64,000 nt of DNA from Candidatus Bathyarchaeia archaeon (GCA_038883655.1 JAVZLQ010000003.1:1-64000), one strand, 5' to 3'. Shown: positions 9,713 through 20,389, numbered from the stretch's first letter. The notes: generated by a model not told the origin, from the sequence alone. Numbers and translations: made by a program.

Positions 9713-10499
9713 ACCAACCATCCTAAAAATTGGCGGTTCAGTAATTACAAACAAAAATGAAGAGCTTACGCCTAAAACGCAGGAAATGAACAGAATCGCA
9801 CAAGAAATAAGGAAGGCGGAAATCTCGAATCTCGTAATAGTTCATGGAGGGGGAAGCTTCGGACACCCAATAGCCCAAAAGCACGCAATAAAAGAAGGAC
9901 TGAAAGAAGCTAGCCAACTTTTAGGCTTTGCGGAAACACACCACATGATGACCGTTCTCAACGGGCTATTCATGGACACGCTGATTATGCAGTCTCTTCC
10001 AGCCATAAGCATAACGCCATCTTCATGCATAATAACCGAAAACGGAAGAATAAAATGTTTCGAGGACGCAGTTCTAAAAATCATGTTAAAGATAGGCTTA
10101 CTACCAGTACTCTATGGGGACGCAGTACTAGACACAAAATTGGGTTTCACAATACTATCTGGCGACCAGATTGTTTCACATGTTGCCACAAGATTAAACG
10201 CAGCGCAAATCATCATGGGCGTTGACGTTGACGGTTTGTACAACGCAGACCCAAAAATCGAAAAAAAAGCAAAACTGTTTACGCATCTTACACTTGAAAA
10301 GTTGAAAAAACTTCATGGAAAGCTCGGAAAATCAAACGCTTGCGACGTTACTGGCGGAATGTTCGGCAAAATAGCAGAATTAATACCCGCCCTAGAACAT
10401 GGAATCACAGTGAAAATTGTGAATGCTTCAAAGCCAAATTATATTTACAGGGTTTTGAAAGGAGAAAACGTGGAAGGCACAATAATAGAGAAGGAATAA
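9699..10499 (+). CDS. ipk: Isopentenyl phosphate kinase
   Basis: KIGGSVIT, HGGGSFGH, DVTGGM; next to mvk and IDI-2. Confidence 0.93.
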   Translation: MSQPKPTILKIGGSVITNKNEELTPKTQEMNRIAQEIRKAEISNLVIVHGGGSFGHPIAQKHAIKEGLKEASQLLGFAETHHMMTVLNGLFMDTLIMQSLPAISITPSSCIITENGRIKCFEDAVLKIMLKIGLLPVLYGDAVLDTKLGFTILSGDQIVSHVATRLNAAQIIMGVDVDGLYNADPKIEKKAKLFTHLTLEKLKKLHGKLGKSNACDVTGGMFGKIAELIPALEHGITVKIVNASKPNYIYRVLKGENVEGTIIEKE

Positions 10500-10501
10500 A
10501 A

Positions 10502-11605
10502 TTGACTAAAGAAACGAGAAAGAGAAAAGCGGAACACATTAAAATCTCCTTAAACATGGATACACAAGCAAAGGGAATCACAACAGGTTTTGAGGACGTA
10601 CATCTAATTCATAGGGCTTTGCCACAAATCAGTAAAGAAAAAATCAACTTAGAAACAAGGGTTTTCAACCACAAATTCGCGGCTCCAATAATCGTGGGGG
10701 CAATAACAGGCGGAACAACAGAAGCAACAAAAATTAATGCCACAATAGCCGAGGCAGTTGAAGAATTAGGCTTGGGAATGGGTGTTGGAAGCCAACGTGC
10801 AGCAATAGAAGACGAAAGATTTGAAGAAACATTTAGGATAACAAGGAAAAAGGCGCCAACAGCCTTCCTAATAGCGAACATCGGCGGAGTCCAACTCACC
10901 CACGGATACGGAATAAAAGAAGCAAAAAAGGCTGTAGAAATGATTGACGCTGACGCTATAGCCATACACCTAAACCCACTGCAAGAAGTCATACAACCAG
11001 AAGGACAAACAAACTTCGAAGGAGTACTCGAGAAAATACGCCAAATAGCCGATGAGCTAGATAAACCAGTAATCGCAAAGGAAACAGGCGCAGGAATATC
11101 CGCCGAAGACGCGAAAAAACTTGAGGACGCGGGCGTTGAGGGCATAGACGTAAGTGGGGCTGGGGGCACAAGTTTCGCGGCTATTGAATATTACCGCGCA
11201 AAAAGAAGACATAGAGAGTTTCAACAAGAACTTGGGCAAGTTTTCTGGGACTGGGGAATACCCACAGCAATAAGCATAATCGAAGTTTCACAAGCAGTGA
11301 AAATTCCAGTAATTGCCTCTGGCGGAATACGCAATGGAATAGAAGTCGCCAAGGCTTTAACCCTAGGCGCAAGCCTAACAAGCCTATCGCAACCAATACT
11401 CAAAGAGGCTGTTAAAGGCGTAAAAGAAACAAAAAATGTGCTACAAACACTTATAGAAGAATTAAAGACAACAATGTTTCTCATCGGCGCCATTTCAGTA
11501 AATAATTTGAAGGAAAAACCGGTCATCATAACGGGTAAGACGGCAGAATGGCTCAAGCTTAGAGGATTTATCATTGAAAATTACGCAAGGAGAGAGATTA
11601 AATGA
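10502..11605 (+). CDS. fni: Type 2 isopentenyl-diphosphate isomerase
   Basis: RKAEH, GVGSQR, HLNPLQE..QPEG, KETG.G, GGTS; TTG start 10502. Confidence 0.95.
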   Translation: MTKETRKRKAEHIKISLNMDTQAKGITTGFEDVHLIHRALPQISKEKINLETRVFNHKFAAPIIVGAITGGTTEATKINATIAEAVEELGLGMGVGSQRAAIEDERFEETFRITRKKAPTAFLIANIGGVQLTHGYGIKEAKKAVEMIDADAIAIHLNPLQEVIQPEGQTNFEGVLEKIRQIADELDKPVIAKETGAGISAEDAKKLEDAGVEGIDVSGAGGTSFAAIEYYRAKRRHREFQQELGQVFWDWGIPTAISIIEVSQAVKIPVIASGGIRNGIEVAKALTLGASLTSLSQPILKEAVKGVKETKNVLQTLIEELKTTMFLIGAISVNNLKEKPVIITGKTAEWLKLRGFIIENYARREIK

Positions 11606-12675
11606 GCGAGATTGAAAGGTTTCTTGAAGACAAAGCTGCCTTAATAGACAAACTTATTGAGAAATACATACCTAGAAAATTTTCGCGCAAAAACATCCTT
11701 TTCGAGGTCAACCCACCAAGGTATACGTACAATCTAGAAGCATTGAACAAGGCAATCGCCGAGCCAATATGGGAATTCCTTGACAGAGGCGGAAAAAGAT
11801 GGCGTCCAACACTCTTTCTACTTATATGCGAGGCTTTAGGGAAAAACCAAGAAGAGTTTGCTGATTTCGCCATTATCCCAGAAGTAATCCACAACGGAAC
11901 ACTTATAATCGATGATATAGAGGACGCCTCTGAAATGCGAAGGGGAAAACCATGCACATACAAAATTTACGGATTAGACATAGCAATAAACGCTGGAAAC
12001 GCAATGTATTACTTGCCCCTCCTCCCACTAATAAAAAACAGAGAAAAAATCTCAAAGGAAAAATTGAATGCGATTTATGAGATTTACGTGAAGGAGATGA
12101 TTAACCTAAGCCTCGGGCAAGCCATGGACATAGCGTGGCACAGAGGCTTAGCAAACGCCGACCAAATAAGCGAAGAGGACTATTTGCAGATGTGCGCCTA
12201 CAAGACTGGAACACTGGCAAGGATGAGCGCAAAAATTGCCGCTGTACTAGCTGATGCAAGTCAAGAGCTAATGGAAAAGCTTGGACGCTTCGCAGAAAGC
12301 ATAGGCGTAGCCTTCCAAATGCAAGACGACATTTTAGACTTGACTGGCGGAGAGTTTGCAGAAAAGAAGGGCGGAAAAGGACAAGATATAACCGAGGGAA
12401 AAAGAACGCTCATAGTTATTCACACCTTAAAAGTGGCAAACGTTAAAGATAGGGATAGGCTTATTGAAATTTTAAACATGCACACAACAAACCAAAAGTT
12501 AAGAAACGAAGCCATAAAAATAATGGAAAAATACGGCTCATTAGACTACGTTAAGAATTTTGCAAGAAAAATTATTGAGGAAAGCTGGAGAGACGTCGAA
12601 AAGCTCCTGCCAGAATCGAAGGCAAAGAAAAAGCTGAATGCCTTTGCAAAATTCTTAATTGAAAGGAAAATCTAA
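11602..12675 (+). CDS. Geranylgeranyl diphosphate synthase (polyprenyl synthetase)
   Basis: GGKRWRP, DDIED..RRGKP, QMQDDILD, KT motif. Confidence 0.92.
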   Translation: MSEIERFLEDKAALIDKLIEKYIPRKFSRKNILFEVNPPRYTYNLEALNKAIAEPIWEFLDRGGKRWRPTLFLLICEALGKNQEEFADFAIIPEVIHNGTLIIDDIEDASEMRRGKPCTYKIYGLDIAINAGNAMYYLPLLPLIKNREKISKEKLNAIYEIYVKEMINLSLGQAMDIAWHRGLANADQISEEDYLQMCAYKTGTLARMSAKIAAVLADASQELMEKLGRFAESIGVAFQMQDDILDLTGGEFAEKKGGKGQDITEGKRTLIVIHTLKVANVKDRDRLIEILNMHTTNQKLRNEAIKIMEKYGSLDYVKNFARKIIEESWRDVEKLLPESKAKKKLNAFAKFLIERKI

Positions 12676-12696
12676 GCGATAAAGAGCGTAAAAACC

Positions 12697-14451
12697 TTGA
12701 CTTTAAAAGAAGACGTTGCGCTTAGGGAAAGCATTCGAAAAATCGCGCTGCTAAACGCCATCAAGCACGATGGAAAAGCGCAAGCAGGTCCAGTTATCGG
12801 GAAAATTCTCGGAGAAAAACCAGAACTAAAAACGAAAGTTAAGGAATTATCAGCTCTTGTTAACGAAGTTGTCCAAGAAGTTAACAGCTTACCATTAACA
12901 GAGCAGCAGCGTATTGTGGAAGAACGGTGGCCAGAAGCTCTCATAAAAGAAAAAGTTGAAGAAGAAAAGCATTTACCTCCGCTGCCAAACGTTGAAAAAT
13001 ACGCGCAGGTTGTCACGCGCTTTTCGCCAAATCCAGACTGCGTCCTACACCTAGGCTCGGCTAGGGCAATAATACTTTGCCACGATTATGCAAGAATGTA
13101 CAAGGGCAAATTCATACTGCGCTTTGAGGATACCGACCCAAAAATTAAGAAACCGATTCTAGCTTTCTACGACCGAATAAGAGAGGACCTGAATTGGCTT
13201 GGATGTAAACCAGACGAGGAATATATTCAAAGCGACAGAATAGAAATCTACTATGAACATGCGGAAAAGCTGCTGAAGGATGGCAACGCATACATCTGCA
13301 CATGCCAACCAGAAACTTTCAGAAAACAAATATTGGCAAGCAAGCCGTGCAGCTGCCGCAACCTACCGGCTGAAGAGCAGCTTGAGAGATGGAATAAAAT
13401 GCTTAACTACGAATACACGGAAGGTGAAGCCGTTTACCGCGTTAAAACCGACTTGAACCATCCAAATCCAGCGGTTCGTGACTGGCCAGCCCTCCGCGTT
13501 ATAGACGCTGAAAGGTATCCGCATCCAAGAGTCGGAAGCAAATACAATGTTTGGCCGCTTTACAATTTTGCTTGTGGCATAGACGACCATCTTATGGGCG
13601 TGACACACATAATTCGCGGAAAAGAGCACCTAACAAACATGGTTCGCCAAGAATACATGTACAAGTATTTTGGGTGGACATACCCAAAAGCCATACATTA
13701 TGGAAGACTTAAAATCACTGGAGCATCGCTAAGCAAGTCCAAAATAGTCCAGGGAATAAAAGAAGGCCTATACAAGGACTGGGATGACCCGCGACTTGCA
13801 ACTTTCGCGGCTTTAAGAAGGCGTGGAATAACGCCAGAAGCCATAAGAAAGATGATTATTGATGTTGGACCTAAAACTTCTGATGTCATCTTGAGTTGGG
13901 AAAACTTGTACGCGTATAACCGCAAAATCATAGACCTGGAGGCGAACAGATACTTTTTCGTACACAACCCAATAGAGCTAACTGTTAAAAATATTCCAAA
14001 AGTGTTTGTTGCGAGGCTTCACTTGCATCCAGAAAAGCCAGAAAGGGGCTTTAGAGAATACACAATAAAGCCTTGCGGAAGCGAAAACTCAACGAAGTTT
14101 TGGATATCAAGAAAGGATGTGGAAACTCTTGGAACTGCAAGCGTAATTCGTCTTATGGAACTATTTAACATCAAAATTGAAAGCGTAAACGCCTATTCAG
14201 CCCAAGCATCTTTCGCCAGCGAATCCTACGAAGAGGCGAGAAAGGCCAAGGCGCAGCTAATCCACTGGGTTTTAGTCGGCGATGACATGCCATGCCAGGT
14301 CGTTATGCCAGACGCAACAACCGCCGAAGGAATAGCAGAAAGCGCATGCAAAACCCTAAAAGCGGGTGAGATTGTGCAGTTTGAAAGGTTCGGCTTCGCA
14401 AGAATAGACAAAGTTAACGCCAAAATAACAGCATATTACGCACACAAATAG
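12697..14451 (+). CDS. gltX: Glutamyl-tRNA synthetase
   Basis: RFSPNP..LHLG, RFEDTDP, RGKEH, LSKS, QFERFGF. Confidence 0.95.
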   Translation: MTLKEDVALRESIRKIALLNAIKHDGKAQAGPVIGKILGEKPELKTKVKELSALVNEVVQEVNSLPLTEQQRIVEERWPEALIKEKVEEEKHLPPLPNVEKYAQVVTRFSPNPDCVLHLGSARAIILCHDYARMYKGKFILRFEDTDPKIKKPILAFYDRIREDLNWLGCKPDEEYIQSDRIEIYYEHAEKLLKDGNAYICTCQPETFRKQILASKPCSCRNLPAEEQLERWNKMLNYEYTEGEAVYRVKTDLNHPNPAVRDWPALRVIDAERYPHPRVGSKYNVWPLYNFACGIDDHLMGVTHIIRGKEHLTNMVRQEYMYKYFGWTYPKAIHYGRLKITGASLSKSKIVQGIKEGLYKDWDDPRLATFAALRRRGITPEAIRKMIIDVGPKTSDVILSWENLYAYNRKIIDLEANRYFFVHNPIELTVKNIPKVFVARLHLHPEKPERGFREYTIKPCGSENSTKFWISRKDVETLGTASVIRLMELFNIKIESVNAYSAQASFASESYEEARKAKAQLIHWVLVGDDMPCQVVMPDATTAEGIAESACKTLKAGEIVQFERFGFARIDKVNAKITAYYAHK

Positions 14452-14467
14452 CGACTGGTGAAGAAGC

Positions 14468-14764
14468 ATGCGCAAACAGGAAAAGTTCATAATATGGCCA
14501 ATATACTTTGACGCTTCAAAAACGAGAAATGAAGGCAGAAGAGTTCCCAAAAGCTTGGCAGTAGCTTCTCCAAAAATTTCTGAACTTAAAGATGCAGCGG
14601 AAAAGGCGGGATTAAAAAGCGAAATTGTGGCAGATGCAAGCCACCCGAAAACACCATGGCTAAAAACGGGCATGCTCCTCGTCGAGAAGTATGGCGGCTC
14701 AAAAGAAGAAGTCATAAGGAAAATTGCAAAACAACTCCTCAAAATCAGAAGCACAACTACTTAA
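14468..14764 (+). CDS. srp19: Signal recognition particle protein SRP19
   Basis: IWPIYFD..KTRNEGRRVP, HPK.PW. Confidence 0.92.
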   Translation: MRKQEKFIIWPIYFDASKTRNEGRRVPKSLAVASPKISELKDAAEKAGLKSEIVADASHPKTPWLKTGMLLVEKYGGSKEEVIRKIAKQLLKIRSTTT

Positions 14765-14901
14765 AGTTAGAAACTTACAAAACCATTTTCTATTAAGAGA
14801 CACTGACAGAGCAACAACGGTAATTGTTGAAATCTTCGTTTAAGGAAATTTTTCTAGGAATATCATAATTTTTAAAAATAATTGCGAAGCATTTATATTA
14901 A

Positions 14902-15213
14902 TTATTTTAGATTTTCATCCAACCATTTTATGTAGGGCTTGAAGCCTTCTGTAATTGGGACGGCTATTATTTCTGGGATTTGGTAGCTGTGGATGGCTTT
15001 TACTTTTTCGGACAGTTTGCTGAATAGGCTTTTTCTGGTTTTCATTAGGATTATGTGTTCTTTTGCGTTTTCGATTTTTCCTTGCCACCAATAAAGTGAG
15101 TGGGCTGGACCGATTATGTTGGCGCATGCAATTAGCCTTTCACTAAGTAATGTTTGCACGATTTTTTCTGCTTCAGTTTTGTTTGCTGCAGTCACGATTA
15201 CGAGGATGTGCAT
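14902..15213 (-). CDS. cutA: CutA divalent-cation tolerance protein
   Basis: LIACANI, SLYWWQG, HSY.IPEI. Confidence 0.93.
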   Translation of the reverse strand: MHILVIVTAANKTEAEKIVQTLLSERLIACANIIGPAHSLYWWQGKIENAKEHIILMKTRKSLFSKLSEKVKAIHSYQIPEIIAVPITEGFKPYIKWLDENLK

Positions 15214-15308
15214 GTTTTCCAAACGATTTGCCTCCTTAACAAGCTTTTTAGTTGAAAGCCACATTTATCTTTGATTGGCAACGCTTGGTTGTTGCGGAGT
15301 GGACGCGT

Positions 15309-16271
15309 TTGAAAACTGTTGGTGTGGTTACGAGTGGCGGAGACGCGCCTGGAATGAATGCTGCAATTAGGGCTATAACGCGTATTGCGCATGTGGAAAA
15401 TTTGCAGGTTTTAGGCTTCGAGCGTGGCTGGGAAGGCTTATTGACCAATACTTTTGTGAGGTTAACGCCGCGCTCTGTTGGCGGAATAATCCAGCTTGGC
15501 GGAACAATACTGCGAACTTCGCGATGCCCACAATTCAAGAAAAAAGAGGGACTTAAAAAGGCAGCTGAAACCCTAGCGCAAAACAAGGTGGACGGCTTAA
15601 TCGTTATTGGCGGTAACGGCTCATTCAAAGGCGCCTTAGAGCTCAGCGAATTCACAGAAACGCTTATTGTTGGAGTTCCAGCCACAATAGACAACGATGT
15701 TTATGGCGTTGACGAAACCATCGGGTTTGACACGGCTGTGAACACGGCGGTTTCTGAAATTGACAAGATTCGTGACACAGCCATATCGCATGAAAGAGTA
15801 TTTATAGTCGAAGTTATGGGAAGGACGAGAGGATTCTTAGCGACAACTGTGGGCTTAACTGTCGGTGCGGAGGTGATTTTAGTTCCAGAGGAAAAAGTGG
15901 AGAAAGAGGAAATCTTTAGGGTTATACGCGAGAACAGTGCCAAAGGTAAGCGTTCAGGCATAATCGTTGCGGCTGAGGGCATAGGCGACACACGCAAACT
16001 TGCAAGAGAAATTCAAAGGAACACGGGCGCAGAGGTTAGATTGAGCATTTTAGGTTATGCGCAGAGGGGCGGAAACCCAACCGCTAGGAGTCGTCTTCTC
16101 GCGAGTTTATTCGCAGATGAGGCTGTCAGGCTATTGCTGAGAGGCGAAGGAAATAAGGTTGCCGGGTTGCAGAATGGAAAAATAGTCAGCGTAGACTTGG
16201 ATGAATCATGCAACAAAGAAAAGCCTTTAGACCTTAATCTCTTAAGGTTGGCTAGGGTTCTTACAACATAA
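15309..16271 (+). CDS. pfkA: 6-phosphofructokinase, ATP-type PfkA
   Basis: TSGGDAPGMN, GGNGS (Gly104-type), PATIDND, VMGR, QRGG. Confidence 0.9.
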   Translation: MKTVGVVTSGGDAPGMNAAIRAITRIAHVENLQVLGFERGWEGLLTNTFVRLTPRSVGGIIQLGGTILRTSRCPQFKKKEGLKKAAETLAQNKVDGLIVIGGNGSFKGALELSEFTETLIVGVPATIDNDVYGVDETIGFDTAVNTAVSEIDKIRDTAISHERVFIVEVMGRTRGFLATTVGLTVGAEVILVPEEKVEKEEIFRVIRENSAKGKRSGIIVAAEGIGDTRKLAREIQRNTGAEVRLSILGYAQRGGNPTARSRLLASLFADEAVRLLLRGEGNKVAGLQNGKIVSVDLDESCNKEKPLDLNLLRLARVLTT

Positions 16272-16279
16272 CGCCTTTT

Positions 16280-17308
16280 CTAGCCGAAAAACACTTTTGC
16301 TATTTCGTAAAGTTCTAGGTCAACTGTCTTACGTTTTCCAACAATATCCTTCAACGGAACAGAGACTATGCTGTTGCCCTTGATTGCCACCATATGTCCA
16401 AACTTTCCCTCGTGAACAAGGTCTATTGCAGCTATTCCGAAACGCGTTGCCAATATCCGGTCAAAGGCTGTAGGCGAACCGCCACGTTGAATGTGCCCCA
16501 AAACAACGACGCGTGTTTCTATGCCTAAGCGCTTTTCAATCTCTTTTCCAAGATAATAGCCAACGCCGCCAAGACGTATGTGCCCAAACTCGTCTATGCT
16601 TTCGCTGTAAATTATTTCTTTGCCGCCTTTCGGCTTTGCCCCCTCAGCAACAACAACTATGCTGAAGTTTCGCCCTCTCTCGTGCCTCTGCTTTATGTAA
16701 TCGCAAACTTCATCAACATCAAAGGGCTTTTCAGGAATTAATATAACGTCTGCACCACCAGCAATTCCAGCTTCTAGGGCTATCCAACCCGTGTATCGCC
16801 CCATAACCTCCAGAATCATGACCCTACGGTGAGTTTCAGCCGTTGTATGGAGCCTGTCAAGGGCTTCTGTGGCTATTGAAACTGCAGTGTTAAAGCCGAA
16901 AGTGTAGTCCGTGCCAGACAAGTCATTATCAATAGTTTTGGGCACACCAACACATTTTAATCCAAACTCGCCCATCTTATGAGCTACGCTTAAAGTGTCG
17001 TCTCCGCCAATAACAACAACAGCGGCTATCCCAGCCTTTTCCGCGTTAGCCATTATCTTTTCTGGTCCACCTTCGCGTTTAAACGGGTTTGTCCTAGAAG
17101 TTCCCAAAATCGAGCCTCCGCGTGGAAGAATACCAGAGACAGACTGCAAGTCAAGCGGAATGAATTCGCCTTCTAAAAGCCCCCACCAGCCATCTCTTAC
17201 GCCAATAATCTCGTAGCCGTAATGCCTAATACCTTTTCTAACAACAGCTCTTACTACAGCGTTTATGCCTGGCGCGTCTCCACCACCGCTTAATATTCCA
17301 ACCTTCAT
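16280..17308 (-). CDS. pfp: Phosphofructokinase, PPi-type signature
   Basis: GGGDAPG, GGDDT (Asp104-type), PKTIDND (Lys124-type). Confidence 0.85.
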   Translation of the reverse strand: MKVGILSGGGDAPGINAVVRAVVRKGIRHYGYEIIGVRDGWWGLLEGEFIPLDLQSVSGILPRGGSILGTSRTNPFKREGGPEKIMANAEKAGIAAVVVIGGDDTLSVAHKMGEFGLKCVGVPKTIDNDLSGTDYTFGFNTAVSIATEALDRLHTTAETHRRVMILEVMGRYTGWIALEAGIAGGADVILIPEKPFDVDEVCDYIKQRHERGRNFSIVVVAEGAKPKGGKEIIYSESIDEFGHIRLGGVGYYLGKEIEKRLGIETRVVVLGHIQRGGSPTAFDRILATRFGIAAIDLVHEGKFGHMVAIKGNSIVSVPLKDIVGKRKTVDLELYEIAKVFFG

Positions 17309-17326
17309 TTTGCATCACTTTAAATG

Positions 17327-18244
17327 CTAGGCTTTTCCAGAACTACCAAACAAGCGCATTTTGCCCTTAACAACTTCTTTCATAGCCTCTTTCGCTGGTC
17401 CCAAAATTTTTCTCGGGTCGAACTCCTTAGGCGATTTTGCCAAAACCTCGCGTATTGTAGCAGTAAACGCAAGTCGCATGTCTGTGTCTATGTTTATTTT
17501 TGTTATGCCCAATGCTATTGCCTTCTTTATGTGTTCTTCTGGTATGCCCCTTGCCCCTTCAAGTTCGGCGCCATACTTTTGGGCTTTCTCAATAATCCAT
17601 TGCGGAACACTTGAGGCGCCATGCAAAACAAGAGGCACGTCAACCTTTTCTTTTATGCGTTTTAACCTTTCAAAGTCAAGTTTTGGTTCGCCCTTAAACT
17701 TGTAGGCCCCATGCGAGGTCCCAATGGCAACAGCAAGAGCATCAACACCAGTCTGCCTAACAAAATCTTGTGCAGCTTCAGGATCTGTTAAAACAGCCTC
17801 CTTTTCCTCAACAGTTTTCTCCTCAACACCAGCAAGCCTACCAAGCTCAGCCTCAACAGAAACGCCACGCGAATGCGCAAAGTTGACAACACGCCTTGTA
17901 ATGGCGACATTATCCTCGAACTTTAGAAATGAACCGTCAATCATGACCGATGTGAAGCCAGCCTCAATGCAACGCGAAACGGTTTCGAAGTCCTCTCCAT
18001 GGTCGAGGTGAAGCGACATTGGAATAGAAGCGGACTCGGCTGCTGTCCTAACAATTTTTGATAGGTAGGCCAAACCGCCATATTTTATGGCGCTTGGCGT
18101 AACAGCAACTATAACTGGCGACTTTTCCTCAACGGCAGCCTCAAAAACGGCCAAAAAACTTTCAAGATTTTGAATGTTAAAAGCGCCTACAGCATACGCG
18201 CCACTTCTAGCCTTGATTAGCAATTCTCTATTCGTGACAAGCAT
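17327..18244 (-). CDS. fba: Class II fructose-bisphosphate aldolase
   Basis: HLDHG, SVMIDGS, EAELG, GTSHG.YK, LVLHGAS, KINIDT. Confidence 0.95.
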   Translation of the reverse strand: MLVTNRELLIKARSGAYAVGAFNIQNLESFLAVFEAAVEEKSPVIVAVTPSAIKYGGLAYLSKIVRTAAESASIPMSLHLDHGEDFETVSRCIEAGFTSVMIDGSFLKFEDNVAITRRVVNFAHSRGVSVEAELGRLAGVEEKTVEEKEAVLTDPEAAQDFVRQTGVDALAVAIGTSHGAYKFKGEPKLDFERLKRIKEKVDVPLVLHGASSVPQWIIEKAQKYGAELEGARGIPEEHIKKAIALGITKINIDTDMRLAFTATIREVLAKSPKEFDPRKILGPAKEAMKEVVKGKMRLFGSSGKA

Positions 18245-18359
18245 ACAATTCACTGCATTGTGATATTAATTCTAATCATATAAATGATTTACATAGTCCA
18301 AAACATGATTTGATATCTTTAGTTCAAATTAGAATTCTAACAAAGTTACTCGACACCAT

Positions 18360-18821
18360 TTAGTGAAACTTGCTTAAAAGGATGAAGGATGCAACCATAA
18401 CCACACAGACAATAGCTATTACAACCGTGAGAAAAAGCATCTGCGGAACGCCAAAAATGTAATGCTCAACCTCATAATTCAAAGTCACAAGCTTATCAAC
18501 GGCAGAACCAACATTGGAGAAACGCAAAACATAATCACCCTCGAAATCACAAACAAAAGTATAGTGGAAATAGCCCACATCCCCAAAATCTCTAACCGTT
18601 CCATTTGGGCACACTAAGTAAAAGCGTATCGTGTTATCCCCTCCAACAACACTAAAACTTATCAAAACATGGTCTTCAACCGCAAGCTTTAAAACTTTTG
18701 TCACCTCTTCCCCGCCTCGCATAGTAAAACTTGTCGAAGCCGCCACTGCCAACTGGACAAGCATCAATGAAAACGCGAAGAGCAAAATCAGATATGGCAG
18801 TGTACTCCGAACCGAAACCAT
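18360..18821 (-). CDS. emp24/p24 GOLD-like type I membrane protein
   Basis: Signal peptide, beta-rich domain with GDYVLRFSN..S...K.V, C-terminal TM helix and short tail. Confidence 0.6.
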   Translation of the reverse strand: MVSVRSTLPYLILLFAFSLMLVQLAVAASTSFTMRGGEEVTKVLKLAVEDHVLISFSVVGGDNTIRFYLVCPNGTVRDFGDVGYFHYTFVCDFEGDYVLRFSNVGSAVDKLVTLNYEVEHYIFGVPQMLFLTVVIAIVCVVMVASFILLSKFH

Positions 18822-18917
18822 AAGAATATTTCAAACAGAAAAACCAATAACCATTATGAAGCAAGAATATAGAAAAGCAAGACGAATTTAAAATAACAAA
18901 GGTTTGAAGGGGATTGT

Positions 18918-19811
18918 ATGAAGAAAATTCCAAAAAATAAGGTGATATACACTTTTTCATCTAAACATAAACCAGCCATAAAAGTCAAACCAGGAGAGAC
19001 GATTTTACTTGAAACTGAAGATGCACTAGGCGGGCAGATAAGAAGCGAAAAAGACTCCATAAACAACATGGACTGGACAAAAGTTGATGGCGCAACTGGA
19101 CCAATATTCATAGAAAACGCGAGTCCGGGGGATACTCTCATCGTTGAGATTTTGGATCTGAAAATTAGGGATGAGGGCGTTATGGTTGTGATACCGAAAA
19201 GCGGAATTCTAGGCGACAGAAAGTTTAACCCCTACACGAAAATCGTCAAAATAAGGGATGATTACATACACTTCGAAGATGTTAAAGTTGAAGTGAAACC
19301 GATGATAGGCACAATAGGCGTAGCCCCAGAATCTGGTGAAATTCCAACAGGGTCTCTTGGAAGACATGGCGGAAACATAGACTTTAAAGGAATAACCACA
19401 AACACGAAGTTATACTTGCCAGTTTTCACGGAAGGAGCGCTTTTTGCCGCTGGTGACGTACATGCTTCCCAAGCAGACGGAGAATTATGCGTATCCTCAG
19501 TAGAAGTAGCTGGAGAAATACTACTAAAATTTGACGTAGTAAAGGGGAAAAAGCCAGAATGGCCAATCCTAGAAACAAGAGACGCGTATGCGCTTCTGGC
19601 ATGCGGTGAAGACTTGGACGAGGCTGCGAGATACGCGTCTGAAGCCGCCATAAATGCGTTTATGCGTAGGTATGGGTGGTCTTTTGAGAAGGCGTACATG
19701 TTTGGAAGCCTAGCCGTGAACTTAGAGATAAATCAGGTTGTAGACCCAAAGAAGGGTGTTAGAGCGGTTATTTCAAAAGATTTTATGAACTTAAACCATC
19801 TGCTTGTTTGA
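18918..19811 (+). CDS. Acetamidase/formamidase family protein
   Basis: TGPI.IE.A.PGD, HGGNID, GDVHASQADGE. Confidence 0.9.
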   Translation: MKKIPKNKVIYTFSSKHKPAIKVKPGETILLETEDALGGQIRSEKDSINNMDWTKVDGATGPIFIENASPGDTLIVEILDLKIRDEGVMVVIPKSGILGDRKFNPYTKIVKIRDDYIHFEDVKVEVKPMIGTIGVAPESGEIPTGSLGRHGGNIDFKGITTNTKLYLPVFTEGALFAAGDVHASQADGELCVSSVEVAGEILLKFDVVKGKKPEWPILETRDAYALLACGEDLDEAARYASEAAINAFMRRYGWSFEKAYMFGSLAVNLEINQVVDPKKGVRAVISKDFMNLNHLLV

Positions 19812-20351
19812 AAGGCTGTTTTGGGCTTTGGCTCCAAATTCTTCAAAGCTCACAATGTCCTTCAGCTTTTTTCTTCTCCGTATTAGATGAAGCACTTTGC
19901 CTTGAAGGTCAAACTTTTTACGTGGATAACCAACAGCCAGCAAAGCGATAACGCGGTAGTTTTCTGGAATGCGCAAAAGTTCCTTAACAGTTTCCTCGTT
20001 AAAGTCTCCAATCCAGCATGTCCCCAAGCCTTCGCTTGTGGCTGTTAAAACCATGTTCTGCATGGCTATTGCAACATCAACAACATGCCATCTCGGCGAA
20101 GCCCTATCATCCCCGCAACCAACAATCACAATAGGCGCTTCAGCAAGAAAACGAGCAAAACGCCCACTTTCGGCGATTCTTCGCCTTTTCTCATAATTTG
20201 TTACAATAACAAAATGCCAAGGCTGAACATTACCAGCAGAAGGTGCCAAACGCGCAGCCTCAAGAATTTTCATAAGCTTGTCCTTTGGAACAGGCGTTGA
20301 ATTATAAGCGCGAATTGAACGTCTCCGCTGGACAGCCTCAAACACGTCCAT
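19791..20351 (-). CDS. Nitroreductase family protein
   Basis: RRSIRAY, APSAGNVQPW, GLGTCW. Confidence 0.92.
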   Translation of the reverse strand: MDVFEAVQRRRSIRAYNSTPVPKDKLMKILEAARLAPSAGNVQPWHFVIVTNYEKRRRIAESGRFARFLAEAPIVIVGCGDDRASPRWHVVDVAIAMQNMVLTATSEGLGTCWIGDFNEETVKELLRIPENYRVIALLAVGYPRKKFDLQGKVLHLIRRRKKLKDIVSFEEFGAKAQNSLSNKQMV

Positions 20352-20389
20352 TAAGAGCACCAAAACCTATTACTGATTCTAACTTACCA

